From a virus, in the IMG/VR virus record IMGVR_UViG_3300020157_000001, positions 27,206 through 91,205 of that record: DNA of 64,000 bases, one strand, 5' to 3'. Below are positions 27,952 to 38,152 of the stretch, piece after piece (the stretch's first letter is position 1; each line of letters starts with the position of its first letter). The notes beneath the pieces were generated by a model. The model made no database searches and was not told the DNA's origin. It was given only the letters and a program-made list of their open reading frames with translations. Both the position numbers and the translations under genes were made by a program.

Positions 27952-29763
27952 TCAGCGACCCGGCCTTGAGATAGATGGTTTTGGATTAACCGTAGTGGTG
28001 GTAGCACCAACAGTAGAGGAGGTACCGGGAACTAGAGACCCTGCTCTACTTTGCGAGGGCTTCACTACGGGAGGAGTGACAAATACTGTGGAGGGGGACA
28101 CAGAAGGATTTGATTGGGGACCGTTAGCTGGGGGTAAGGTAGATCCCGGCATGATTCCACCATCCCAGTTAATAACTACATCATTCCAAATAGTTGCGGA
28201 GTCGTTGTTCTCTGCGGGGTTGGACACTGATTTGTAGGACTTTCCATGTCCAGTAACTGAGTCTGCCCCGATAGTAACAGTAACCGACACGTTGAAAACC
28301 ATCATCCATACAGAGTTACCTCCAAACCAGTCACTTGTATCCACTAGGGTTCCCTCGGGAGGGGTTGATTTGGAAGTAACAACTTTTCCAACTGTACTTT
28401 TATTTAAGTAGTTTGTCCTGTAGTTGGTGTCAGAACCCCAGTTAGTGTTAGCAATCTTCTCTATTCCGTATAGATGTGACCAGTCTGGAATGTCAGATTG
28501 AACTGAGGAGGACAACTTGTGTAGTTTGGAGTCAAGAGTCCCGTCGTCAACAAAATCAGTTGTCTTAAGAAGTGGACCATACACATCCACACTTGCATCT
28601 ACGTGGATAGTTGCGTCTTGGTCGGATGTTGAATCTAGTTTATTCTTTATCTTGTCAGTTGTAGACCACGCGCACACAGCCTGAAGCCAATCAGATCCAT
28701 ACTTTTGGCTACCCATGCTTTTAACATTAGCTACTCTAAGGGTGGTATCAGGACCGTTCCAATTATCTTTATAAAGGAGAGCTACCTTTACGGAAGGGAA
28801 CGATTGAATGAGTGAGTTTGCATGTGCTATCTGAGCAGCGGTTGCTGCGGATTGCGTAGCTACCCACGTGTCATGCTGAGACTTCAGAGACTCAGTGGTG
28901 AACGTAGACTTCTTAGCGTATCCGACGTACGTTGCAACCATCTGTAATGTGCATCGTGCTCGCATAGGAACCATTGTCGAAGTAAACTTCTGATACTCAA
29001 TATCCACGTTGCTAACAAAACCCTCAACGATAAAGAGTGAGGAGAACACAACACGAACAGGAAGAGGCTGCAAGAACGCCGAGTTACCGAAGTTAACAGC
29101 TCCAATGATATTAGGAACATTGGTTTTAGCTTTTTCGTACTTCGCGGCATCGGCTGATGAACCTTGAGCTTCCTGCTCAGCCACGATCTGCCGCATAGCT
29201 ACCTTCTGTGCGTAGTCAACGCTTTGGGGGGTGAGTCCAACTCCGATGACAGCGTTAAGAGCAGCGATGTCCCTGAGTACACCAACTTGGTTAGGGTTCA
29301 AATCCAAGAGCATGTTGTTAGCCATATCTGGATTCACCCCTGACAAGTTACTTGACTCATTCAGTTCCATGGATCTATCGAAGTCAATGGAAAACTGAAA
29401 GTTGGTATTGGCTGCAACTGGGACTGAGAACTGACCTATGTCCTGCTGCATCATGTTCAAAAGGTCTTGTGCCATAGCTACGGAAGTGGCTAAGCGTTCT
29501 GGATTAAACTGAAAGGCGCACTTGCGTATCTGTAAGGATACGCCTTCCATATCTGTCATAAGAGATCTGATATACCCACGTTGAATCTTTGTGGTGTATA
29601 CGTTTCCAGAACTAGATTGATTGCGTATGGTATTGCCGGGGAACTTAAAGGGTGGATTGTCTGCGGAGCCGGTAGCCCAGTGACCATTAGGTCCTGCGGA
29701 TAGTTGTTCTTCTCCAGCCTTACCAGCACCGAAGAACTGATCGTTGTTAAATCCTGTGCTCAT
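27952..29763 (-). CDS. Tail tube initiator-like protein with long C-terminal extension
   Basis: FQFNPERL, GFVSNVDIEYQKF..MVPMRA; between tape measure and LysM gene. Confidence 0.7.
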   Translation of the reverse strand: MSTGFNNDQFFGAGKAGEEQLSAGPNGHWATGSADNPPFKFPGNTIRNQSSSGNVYTTKIQRGYIRSLMTDMEGVSLQIRKCAFQFNPERLATSVAMAQDLLNMMQQDIGQFSVPVAANTNFQFSIDFDRSMELNESSNLSGVNPDMANNMLLDLNPNQVGVLRDIAALNAVIGVGLTPQSVDYAQKVAMRQIVAEQEAQGSSADAAKYEKAKTNVPNIIGAVNFGNSAFLQPLPVRVVFSSLFIVEGFVSNVDIEYQKFTSTMVPMRARCTLQMVATYVGYAKKSTFTTESLKSQHDTWVATQSAATAAQIAHANSLIQSFPSVKVALLYKDNWNGPDTTLRVANVKSMGSQKYGSDWLQAVCAWSTTDKIKNKLDSTSDQDATIHVDASVDVYGPLLKTTDFVDDGTLDSKLHKLSSSVQSDIPDWSHLYGIEKIANTNWGSDTNYRTNYLNKSTVGKVVTSKSTPPEGTLVDTSDWFGGNSVWMMVFNVSVTVTIGADSVTGHGKSYKSVSNPAENNDSATIWNDVVINWDGGIMPGSTLPPANGPQSNPSVSPSTVFVTPPVVKPSQSRAGSLVPGTSSTVGATTTTVNPKPSISRPGR

Positions 29764-32700
29764 CGCGTCCTCAATAATTCAGTGTCTAGTTCTGACTTGA
29801 TCGCGTCTCGAACCTGATTGGCTATCTTTCTGATATCAACATCTGCTGGTACCCCTTGAAACGTGAAGTTCATAGGCATCGTTATAGACGGGGATGAGTT
29901 GATATGCACGGTGCTGTTACCGCTAGTCGGTGGAGCCATATTCCCAGAAGACCTAGGCATGGGGTCACCGGATACTGAGACCCTGCTAGATGAAACTGGC
30001 GTGCCACCAACTGGTAGGTTTTGGATAGGCATAGGGTCACCGCTATTAAACCCTGCCTGCTTAACTCCATCTATTGCAAGGGGCATCTGCTTCTGAATGG
30101 CGGGGGAATCTATACCGTTCTCTGGCTTGTAACCTAGCCAGTCGTAAAGAGCTTTATCACCCTTAGCAGATCCACCCCTCTTTGAATACGCCGCAAAGGC
30201 TGCTTTAGCAGCAATGTTAGGATCAAGGAGTTGAGATCCTGTGTACCCTAGTTTGGTCATTAGGGGGCCGAGTGCTTCTGGGCGCATGTTGATCTGCCAG
30301 AGACCATAGGATTGATCCTTGGTCGTGTTATTCATGTTCATGCTGCTTGGGTGACCACTGGATTCACGAAGAGCTACAGCGACCATTGTTGTTAGATCTT
30401 TGCCACGGAACCCAGCGTTGAAAGCTACTTGAGCGATCTGTGCTGGTGTCATAGTTCCATCTTTGGGAATGGAAAGACTAGCTCCCGTAGGTGCGGGGGA
30501 AGCTCCCGACGACGTACCGGCTAATGTATTCTGACCTTGGCTATTCCCTCCTGACCCCATAGCTTCCCCTAGGGAAAGTCGTGGTCGTACTCTTCCACGA
30601 TCTAGGGTAAGTCCAAGGTTACCTCTGCCCGTACTCAGCGGATTAGGTGATGAGGTAGTTCCAGCTACGTTTGCACCATCAGTGATGCTTATTGCTGGGG
30701 GAGATCCTGCGGTGGCCTCTTTGGGAAGGGGGGAATCGGTAGAGCCGTCTGCGTACTTACCCTTTGCAACGCCCTTCTCATACTCTCCTCTACCTGCTGG
30801 AAACTCTGAAGGTTGAGTATGCCAAGGCTCTGAGTTCTCATTAGCAAACGTCTTCAGACCAAAGCGAGCAGCATTGGATTGCCACCAGTTGAGGTCTCCC
30901 TTAAGGTCAGCGGCAAGACCGATCTCATGCATGGACTGGCCGGGAGGGGCGGCATCCGCACCCTTAACTTTTATCCAGTTAGACCCTTGCCACTCAACTG
31001 TGTCTTTCGTCTTCGTAGCAGTCTTGCGATACCTGTCCAAGAAGGTACGCTCTTGAGTAGCTGAGCTTCTCCAACCTTCACCTATACCGAGGGCTGGATG
31101 TTCACGGAATGCTTTAAGAAGACGTTCCTTCAGAATCGGCTTGAGCTGAGCAAACGTGGACCAAGACTTTAGTTGAGTAAGGGTCTTTGTCTCGTTCTTC
31201 CAACCAACTGGGATGGAAATGTTATCGTCGTTAGCTGCTGAGGCAGAATTGGCCGGAGGGGTGGGGGTGGGCTGAGCGGACGGAGTAGCGGCAGGTGCTG
31301 GAGAGGCTGACGGTACTGGAGATACGGAGCCGGGGTTGGCGGTAGAAGAAGACCCAGCAGTGGCTGTAGACACATCGGCTGGGTTAGCGGGGGCACCGTC
31401 GCCACCTGTTGCTACCGACGAAACTCCACTGACTACTCCTCCTGCAAGAGCAAGTGGGATACCAATTTCTGGGGCGATAAAGCTCATGGCGGCACCGGCA
31501 GTACCCATAGCATTGCCAACGAACTTGCCAATTCCTCCTAGTGCTTGCTGGAAACCACGGGTATTAGCGCGAGCACCTATAAGGCCACTCAGTTTGTCTT
31601 CAACCTTACCCAAAGCTTTAATCAGAGACTGGTTTGACTTCTCAAGCTTGGAGTAATTATCAGCTTGCCTGCGATACATGTTCTCTTCGCGCTGACCCTG
31701 TACACGCTTGGTCTCTTCAGACTGGTTAGCGAAGTTATCCTCAACGCCCATGCGCTTGCGGTCAGCCTTCTTGCTAGGGTCGTAGTCCCCCTTGCCACCC
31801 TTCTTCTTAAACTGGATGTTCTCTTGGGCGTACTGAAGCATCAAGTCTTGAGCTTGAGCGTCAAGTCCTAGGTTGGAGAGGTTTGCTCGTACAGCGGAAC
31901 CTTGCTGGAAGGCTCCTTTAAGAGTCTTCTCATTACCAAGACCGGACATCTTTCCAATCTTCTGGAAAGACTGGAACATGTCTGCTGCCCCGCCACCCAT
32001 CTTATTGAAGTTAGTACCTCCAGTAAGGGCGAACATTCGGTTAGCAACTTGAGGACCCATCAATGAGTTCTGCATACCAACGAGGTCTTGCGTTGATACG
32101 GAGTATCCAGTCGCAGCACGCATCGCCTCATATCCAGCAGCTTGTTTACCTGCGTCGATACCATATCGAACTTGATTAGAGAGAAGGGCGTTGAGTCCAC
32201 CATCTCCAAGCTTGTAGTTGGTGAGAGGTTTACGAAGGTTGTTAGCAACCTGATTCTGGGACATGCCCGTCATCTGTTGCTGCACCATGCTTAGACGATC
32301 AGCGGGGAGGGCGTACGCCATGTTCTCGTCAATGCGACGGTCTGCTAGTTGAACACCTTTACTCGCAATTGATGTTGCTGCGGCAAAGGCCCCCGCAACA
32401 ATAGATCCTTTAGACGTTCCAGAGGACTCAGCGATAGCGCCGCCAATGCCCTTAATCTTGGACATGAACCCACCGGCTTCGGGGGGACCGGAGGTGGAAG
32501 GAACGGAACTACCGGGGGCACCGATAGTAGTGGACTTAAGCTTACCTACGGTTTTAGGACCACCGCTTGGTGTACTGGTGGACACTGCTCCCGCTACAGA
32601 GGTACCAGCTTTAGTAGCGTCAGAGATTAAACCTTGAAACTCTGCTCTGGCCTTCTTAATGGCTTGAGTGAGGCTATTAAAGGCTGTGGTGATTGACCTG

Positions 32701-32789
32701 ACAGAAGACGTGTCAGCGGTAACACCTGTTTTAGACGAAGCTATAGAGCGGGTGTGTTCACCGCCAATACCTGCCTCTGAATCTGCCAT
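29760..32789 (-). CDS. Tape measure protein with M15 peptidase and lysozyme-like transglycosylase domains
   Basis: Helical N-half; WRS..Q..AAPPGQSMHEIGLAAD..EPWH; VALRESS..SYGLWQINM. Confidence 0.85.
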   Translation of the reverse strand: MADSEAGIGGEHTRSIASSKTGVTADTSSVRSITTAFNSLTQAIKKARAEFQGLISDATKAGTSVAGAVSTSTPSGGPKTVGKLKSTTIGAPGSSVPSTSGPPEAGGFMSKIKGIGGAIAESSGTSKGSIVAGAFAAATSIASKGVQLADRRIDENMAYALPADRLSMVQQQMTGMSQNQVANNLRKPLTNYKLGDGGLNALLSNQVRYGIDAGKQAAGYEAMRAATGYSVSTQDLVGMQNSLMGPQVANRMFALTGGTNFNKMGGGAADMFQSFQKIGKMSGLGNEKTLKGAFQQGSAVRANLSNLGLDAQAQDLMLQYAQENIQFKKKGGKGDYDPSKKADRKRMGVEDNFANQSEETKRVQGQREENMYRRQADNYSKLEKSNQSLIKALGKVEDKLSGLIGARANTRGFQQALGGIGKFVGNAMGTAGAAMSFIAPEIGIPLALAGGVVSGVSSVATGGDGAPANPADVSTATAGSSSTANPGSVSPVPSASPAPAATPSAQPTPTPPANSASAANDDNISIPVGWKNETKTLTQLKSWSTFAQLKPILKERLLKAFREHPALGIGEGWRSSATQERTFLDRYRKTATKTKDTVEWQGSNWIKVKGADAAPPGQSMHEIGLAADLKGDLNWWQSNAARFGLKTFANENSEPWHTQPSEFPAGRGEYEKGVAKGKYADGSTDSPLPKEATAGSPPAISITDGANVAGTTSSPNPLSTGRGNLGLTLDRGRVRPRLSLGEAMGSGGNSQGQNTLAGTSSGASPAPTGASLSIPKDGTMTPAQIAQVAFNAGFRGKDLTTMVAVALRESSGHPSSMNMNNTTKDQSYGLWQINMRPEALGPLMTKLGYTGSQLLDPNIAAKAAFAAYSKRGGSAKGDKALYDWLGYKPENGIDSPAIQKQMPLAIDGVKQAGFNSGDPMPIQNLPVGGTPVSSSRVSVSGDPMPRSSGNMAPPTSGNSTVHINSSPSITMPMNFTFQGVPADVDIRKIANQVRDAIKSELDTELLRTR

Positions 32790-32801
32790 TGCCGCCTCCG
32801 T

Positions 32802-32948
32802 CTACTTACTACGCCAGACCGCCATTCGGAACCAGTAATCCCGAGCACGAACTGACATGTTCTTTATTGATTCTAGATTAAACCCTTTGTAGACAGAGGC
32901 TATGGCTTCGTATTCCCAATAAAGTTCTCCGATATTAACCGAGTAGAA
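32802..32948 (-). CDS. Tail assembly chaperone extension (probably reached by +1 frameshift)
   Basis: Open frame FYSVNIGELYWEYEAIASVYKGFNLESIKNMSVRARDYWFRMAVWRSK* filling the gap to the tape measure gene; no credible RBS. Confidence 0.6.
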   Translation of the reverse strand, partial: FYSVNIGELYWEYEAIASVYKGFNLESIKNMSVRARDYWFRMAVWRSK

Positions 32949-33726
32949 GTGAGACCCAGTTGAGCGCAACTGTCATATCAACTTCACAATGGGCACAATG
33001 GGTATTCACCGCCCCCAACTTTGGTCCTAGCTCGATACTAAGAAGTCGGTCAACAATCTTATGGCGGTCACCTAAGTTTATCTTACGCGCCCACTCCAAA
33101 CGGTTAGAAGGCTCATCCTCAGCAGAGAATACTGCACACCGAGAGAGGATAAGGGTGTTGGCTTCTGCATCGTTCTTACACTTTGATGCAGCAGTTGTGT
33201 CTGCTCCTGTGGGAATGTTGAAGAGGTAGGTGCGATTACGGCCCTTGATCTCTATTGGGGAATCAACTTTGAAGTCAGGCTTCTTGTAGATGAAGTCCTT
33301 ATCAAGTTCAATATCAATATCGTTCTTCTCTCCGCAAGAGTTGCAAGCAGCTTGCACGGTGCGGATCAACCCATAGGTAGCACGGATAACAGCAAGATAC
33401 AGAATGTCCCGATCCCCATTGATAAGGGTATCAAGAACACTAGGACTGGTGATAGGGGTATCACCTATGCTGATAACTGTTCTGCCAAGGAGGGCAGTTA
33501 GGTATTCACCAAAACTTACTCCATCCTTGGCAGCTAGAACAGCTAATGCCTCTTCGTCGGTACCATCCATCTCACGAACTTGTGCCTTAGTGTCAAACTG
33601 ATTGGTATCAGCGTTCCACAACCCACGTATAAGTTCTGTTTCAGTTGATAGTGCTGGCTGCATATAGGGGGCTTTTTCTTCCGCTATAGCATCGTTGATT
33701 GAATCTACCCCTGCGGTAGCGCTCAT
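32935..33726 (-). CDS. Tail assembly chaperone / T4 gp26-like protein
   Basis: VREMDGTDEE, GDRDIL..IRATYG, two CxxC pairs; between tube and tape measure. Confidence 0.78.
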   Translation of the reverse strand: MSATAGVDSINDAIAEEKAPYMQPALSTETELIRGLWNADTNQFDTKAQVREMDGTDEEALAVLAAKDGVSFGEYLTALLGRTVISIGDTPITSPSVLDTLINGDRDILYLAVIRATYGLIRTVQAACNSCGEKNDIDIELDKDFIYKKPDFKVDSPIEIKGRNRTYLFNIPTGADTTAASKCKNDAEANTLILSRCAVFSAEDEPSNRLEWARKINLGDRHKIVDRLLSIELGPKLGAVNTHCAHCEVDMTVALNWVSLLLG

Positions 33727-33768
33727 GGTGTTCTCCTAGTGTAAGACGTATGTATAACTAACTCAGAA

Positions 33769-34383
33769 TTAGAGTCCGGTGAGTGGTGCTTCTCCGTTAG
33801 CGTCCGAAGCAAACGACACAGCGAAACCTTCATGGTTGATAACCATCTGCTGAATCATAATGCTGCTTTCGCCAGCCGACAAGTCGGTGAGCGAGTACGA
33901 AGCTGGCCAACAGTTGTACAGCTTGAAAGCAAGCTTACGCCTGCCGGGGCTGGCGTTGTTGTTAACAGCTTCACCGGGGGTGGTGTAACTGCCGCTTGAT
34001 ACGGGATGATCATATACTGATACGAGGATATCGGCGCGGTAGTCATTGTCGTTGGACGATGAGCCGCCACCAACACCACCCTGAGTCCAGTTATGCATGA
34101 AGGTTTGCCACTTGTACAGGCTTGCTTCGTGGGCAAAAAGGCCCTTGCTAAAGGTGACTGGGGCGTAATCAGACTGCCCGATCATCTTATGAGGGTGGGT
34201 ATTCATGCCACCCTCACGGTACTGGATGAGTTCGTTGCTGACCGAAAGACCGGAGACAACCGCGAAGCCAAGTGTACCTATCTGCTGATCACCGACTTGG
34301 TTCTTCAGGGCTGCTCCCTGAGGAAGAATCTGCACTCGGAACTTAAAGTTGCGAATTGGATCTGTTTTATTTGGACGTGCCAT
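33769..34383 (-). CDS. Tail tube protein (T4 gp19-like)
   Basis: DPIRNFKFRV, GF..VSGL..YREGG, YNCWP. Confidence 0.9.
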   Translation of the reverse strand: MARPNKTDPIRNFKFRVQILPQGAALKNQVGDQQIGTLGFAVVSGLSVSNELIQYREGGMNTHPHKMIGQSDYAPVTFSKGLFAHEASLYKWQTFMHNWTQGGVGGGSSSNDNDYRADILVSVYDHPVSSGSYTTPGEAVNNNASPGRRKLAFKLYNCWPASYSLTDLSAGESSIMIQQMVINHEGFAVSFASDANGEAPLTGL

Positions 34384-34401
34384 TGCTAACTCCTAGGGTA
34401 C

Positions 34402-35970
34402 TTAGACGTTGATCTCTGCTGCATTGCTGCCACCAGTCCACTGGCTGAGGTTAATCACAATGAACTCTGCGGGATAGACAAGTGCTACGCCGACAGATAC
34501 GTTGACTATGCCTTGGTCAATCGAAGTGGCGTTGTTGTTAGTCGAATCGCAGACAACAAAGAATGCGTCAGTTGACTTCGCGCCCTTGAGTCCACCTGCA
34601 CGCCAGAAGTTGAGCAAGAAGTTACTAATACCATTGTTAACTTCGATCCACAAGTTGGCATCATTAGGCTCAAACACCGAAGGCTGAACAATTTCCTTAA
34701 TGGATTTACGGATGTAGTTAAGCGACCGGCGAACAGGGATGAACTTATCGGGGTTAACTTTCTCAAGGGTACGGGTACCGTTGATAAATACACCTGCGCC
34801 CGGTACCGCTTTAAATGTGTTGCAAGGAGGGGTGAGGTCATACAGCTCACCAACTTGAGCGTCGGAAAGTTTAATAGTCAAACCAAGAGCACCAACAATG
34901 GTGGAATCATAACCAGCAGGAGCCTTTGCAACCGACCGAGCAAGTTCGGTGCGAACGTACACACCTGCAACCGCGCCTCCGGGGAAGGTAGTACGCAATG
35001 CACCGGGGCCAGTCTTCAGTGGGTCAACCATCTCAAGCATAGGAGTGTATTGAGCGACGAAGTTTCCTCCCGTGACGCCACTGGCACCTGTAGCGGTGGT
35101 TTTCAAACTACTGTAGCTAGCGTCAGTACCGTTAGGGTCTGCGATAACAAAGCTATCACCTCGGGAGGCTGCCTTAGTAGCAAGGTACTGCACAACTGTT
35201 GTACCCTTGCCCACTGCATTAAGCAGCAAGTTACCGGGAATGCTGTCAATAAGATCAATACCGCTAGCTCCGTTGTAGGCTGTGTCGCCTACAGATCCTC
35301 CGCTTGCTCCACCAGAAAGACTGGCTGAGGCGGATGTAAACGTACCAAGTGTTGAGGCGGCAGCAACCGAGCTAGATGTGATTGTAGAAATACTTGACGC
35401 AGTAATAAACTTACTGTATCGGTTTAGCATCTCTGGGAAGAATCGGTTTGCATTTTCATCCATAGAAAGCTCTTTCCAGCTTTCTACCTCTACGTTATTT
35501 AGAGCAACAGACAAGTTAAAGGTTGGCTTTGCTACTGACGAACTTGTCACAAGGCCAGTCGAGGTAGTTAGCTTTAGGCTGTTACCCCATGTACCGGGAC
35601 TGTTAGCCGAGAATGTAGCTAGGGATACAGATCCACCTACGCTACTTCCAGTGTAAACCGTAATAGAGGAAGCTCCAGTAGAGGGGCTGGTAGAAGCAGA
35701 AGTGGCAGAGCTATTATAAATACGGATAATGTAAGCCGAGCGACCACCATTAGCGAAGTAGTGGTACACGCTGTAGCACATGTCGTAAGCGTTGTCAAGA
35801 TCCCCAAACAGAGTCTTGTAGGACTGCCAATCAGTAATAAGCGTTGGACCTTGGGGGCCGCGGGGCGACTCACCAAGGAACACAGCAGCGGTAGGACCAC
35901 TAGGTGCCTGAATCAGTGATGCGAGCTGCGATTCCGCGATGTAAACGCCGGGAACATTATAGGTTGCCAT
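34402..35970 (-). CDS. Tail sheath protein
   Basis: PGVYI, YFANGG, KAPAG, GTRTL..IPVRR, VFEPND..W, YPAEFIVI. Confidence 0.95.
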   Translation of the reverse strand: MATYNVPGVYIAESQLASLIQAPSGPTAAVFLGESPRGPQGPTLITDWQSYKTLFGDLDNAYDMCYSVYHYFANGGRSAYIIRIYNSSATSASTSPSTGASSITVYTGSSVGGSVSLATFSANSPGTWGNSLKLTTSTGLVTSSSVAKPTFNLSVALNNVEVESWKELSMDENANRFFPEMLNRYSKFITASSISTITSSSVAAASTLGTFTSASASLSGGASGGSVGDTAYNGASGIDLIDSIPGNLLLNAVGKGTTVVQYLATKAASRGDSFVIADPNGTDASYSSLKTTATGASGVTGGNFVAQYTPMLEMVDPLKTGPGALRTTFPGGAVAGVYVRTELARSVAKAPAGYDSTIVGALGLTIKLSDAQVGELYDLTPPCNTFKAVPGAGVFINGTRTLEKVNPDKFIPVRRSLNYIRKSIKEIVQPSVFEPNDANLWIEVNNGISNFLLNFWRAGGLKGAKSTDAFFVVCDSTNNNATSIDQGIVNVSVGVALVYPAEFIVINLSQWTGGSNAAEINV

Positions 35971-36743
35971 TAGAAAGCCTCCGTGAGGTCGTAGTTGTTA
36001 TTAGCGGTAGGGGGCGAATGGTTTTCCACGTTCAACGTCGGCTTGAAGGCCCATACACTATTTGTAAGAGAAAGATCAGATGCGGGTATCTCTGCGTTCA
36101 TCCGAAGGGTAAATACCTTTCGGAATATACGTTTTGTGTACGCCGCCTCTACGTCAAGAAGATTAGATGAAGACCAGTTTAGTAGATCTAATCGTCTAAT
36201 TGTGCCATCTTCGGGTATATCAATAAATCCCCTTCTAAAAGGAGTTATACGACGAAGCATGGTGTTTGTTATCTGCCTATCGTGATCTTGTGATCTTGCA
36301 TAGGAAGTAACCTGATACATCAGATCCACAGGTACGAATGAGTCAGTAGACATAAATGACCCAGCGGGAGTCAGTGCGTCCAATTGGTCATGGGTATACG
36401 TGGACGGATAATATGCTAAGTCATCTCGGTACCAAGCAGCTTGGGCAGCGGTCATGCGAGATGTATCCGACACATTGTAATACGTAGTCTCTGATTGCTG
36501 ACGATCAGTAGCATGGTTTATATTGAGAAGATCTATAGTTAAAAATGGATATGACTTTTCGGTGACATCATGAGGATATCGAAAGAATACATCGCATATC
36601 CGTTGACTCTTGCGATCATCTGTAACGGGGATATTCGCTATACGACGCTTGATAGCAGCGTCTTCTGCTCGTATGAAGTTGGTGGTAACAGGGGCAATAC
36701 TTGCCCGAGTATTCCTCCACGTACGATAGACCAGAAGTGTCAT
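35970..36743 (-). CDS. Tail terminator/completion protein
   Basis: YPFLTIDL, PVDLMYQV; directly upstream of sheath. Confidence 0.65.
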   Translation of the reverse strand: MTLLVYRTWRNTRASIAPVTTNFIRAEDAAIKRRIANIPVTDDRKSQRICDVFFRYPHDVTEKSYPFLTIDLLNINHATDRQQSETTYYNVSDTSRMTAAQAAWYRDDLAYYPSTYTHDQLDALTPAGSFMSTDSFVPVDLMYQVTSYARSQDHDRQITNTMLRRITPFRRGFIDIPEDGTIRRLDLLNWSSSNLLDVEAAYTKRIFRKVFTLRMNAEIPASDLSLTNSVWAFKPTLNVENHSPPTANNNYDLTEAF

Positions 36744-37135
36744 TAAGGAGTCAACTCCGTACCAATAAGAGAACCGCTGCCGTCAGCAGCCCATGTAGCG
36801 TAAAGCGTTCCAGTATAAATTGGTGTTGGCATTACCCAATATCCATTTGCTGGGATCGACACAACAAACGCAGTAGAAGAAGCTACCGCTCCGTAGTTTA
36901 CGTATACGGCGTTGGCATCGGTGTTTGTTAGAATAAGACCGATACGAGCGCTATTAGAAGCTTTAAGTGTTTGAGATGTTGCTAATGACGCTACCGAAAT
37001 AGCAGTAACGTTACCTGCTTTAGGGTATGAGTCTGCAATGGTTACGCGCTGCGTGTTGGCATCGACTGCCCCTACACCTGTGGTAACGGAGTAGTCGTTC
37101 CCTAGACCTGTTGCATTTCCAATAGTAATAGCCAT
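36743..37135 (-). CDS. Virion protein, unknown function
   Basis: Beta-rich ORF coupled via TAATG in neck region. Confidence 0.6.
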   Translation of the reverse strand: MAITIGNATGLGNDYSVTTGVGAVDANTQRVTIADSYPKAGNVTAISVASLATSQTLKASNSARIGLILTNTDANAVYVNYGAVASSTAFVVSIPANGYWVMPTPIYTGTLYATWAADGSGSLIGTELTP

Positions 37136-37148
37136 GAGTCAATATCCT

Positions 37149-37550
37149 TTACAGGTTCATTCGCAGAGTAAGTTGCCTACTGATTGCATCGGTGTTACGT
37201 ACTGCGGTGGATCTAACGATGGGGGCAGGTTCAAGTTGAGGACTGCCATGCTCTAACTCGCGCATGTGCTGCAACTCTTCATCGGTTCCACGGAGCATGT
37301 ACAGGAAGCCCTGCTCCTTAGGACTGTACTGCACATACATCTGGTCGGCGTACTCTGCCCAATGCTCGTTATGCTCTGCGGCGGATTGGAGAGCATGAGT
37401 GGCATACGCTGCGGCACTACGGGTAGCGGCGGCGTACTCGTCCCCAAAGTTTGAGAGGAAAGAATCCGCTGCATCCAGTACGCCTAGATCCCCAGAAAAG
37501 ATGGGTTTAGGTGCGCCAGAACTAGGGGATACAGATTGAGAATGAGCCAT
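37149..37550 (-). CDS. Putative neck/tail completion protein
   Basis: LEHGSPQLEPAPIVR resembles HK97-gp10-like LEyGT..P.P motif. Confidence 0.5.
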   Translation of the reverse strand: MAHSQSVSPSSGAPKPIFSGDLGVLDAADSFLSNFGDEYAAATRSAAAYATHALQSAAEHNEHWAEYADQMYVQYSPKEQGFLYMLRGTDEELQHMRELEHGSPQLEPAPIVRSTAVRNTDAISRQLTLRMNL

Positions 37551-37624
37551 AAGGCTTCCCCAGTTCTAGGCGATGAACATACAGGCGCACACCTGTAATG
37601 ACTTCATACTAGCATAAGAAGATA

Positions 37625-38152
37625 TCAGGGGAGCGTATCTGGCCAAGGAAGGTCTTGTATATTTGGATGATTAGAGCTAAACACATCGTTCATCATCTCT
37701 TGATCGACATACACTTCCTTACCACTTACACGGACAAGGACTTCTCCACGAAGGCGACCCCTTACCGTGTAAGTAGCCACTGAGTAATACCGACCATCGT
37801 ACAGGAACAGATCCTTCATACGTGGTTGGTATTCCCATGGGGTGGTAATGCCTGCACCGATCATGGCCTTCATGGAGATAACAATATCGGTGTTCTGAGT
37901 CGGTTGACGACCAGTGTCGATAGCTCGGTTGTTATCTTCCTCTTCACTAACAAAGAGAGTGGGGACTGTTACTCCAGCTTTATAGGTAAGACCAGTAACT
38001 CCTCGGGGGGACTCGTCATATACATCGTCGTACACGCTCCCCTCTGACAAAGACAAGAACTCGTACCACACAACTGCCTCTCCAGCCTGTCGCTGGTGGC
38101 GCTCGTAGTGCTTGTTAATGTTATTTAGTTCTCTACGAAGGTCGAGGCTCAC
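37625..38152 (-). CDS. Putative head closure protein
   Basis: GEAVVWYEF, DLFLYDGRYYSV; synteny. Confidence 0.6.
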   Translation of the reverse strand: MSLDLRRELNNINKHYERHQRQAGEAVVWYEFLSLSEGSVYDDVYDESPRGVTGLTYKAGVTVPTLFVSEEEDNNRAIDTGRQPTQNTDIVISMKAMIGAGITTPWEYQPRMKDLFLYDGRYYSVATYTVRGRLRGEVLVRVSGKEVYVDQEMMNDVFSSNHPNIQDLPWPDTLP

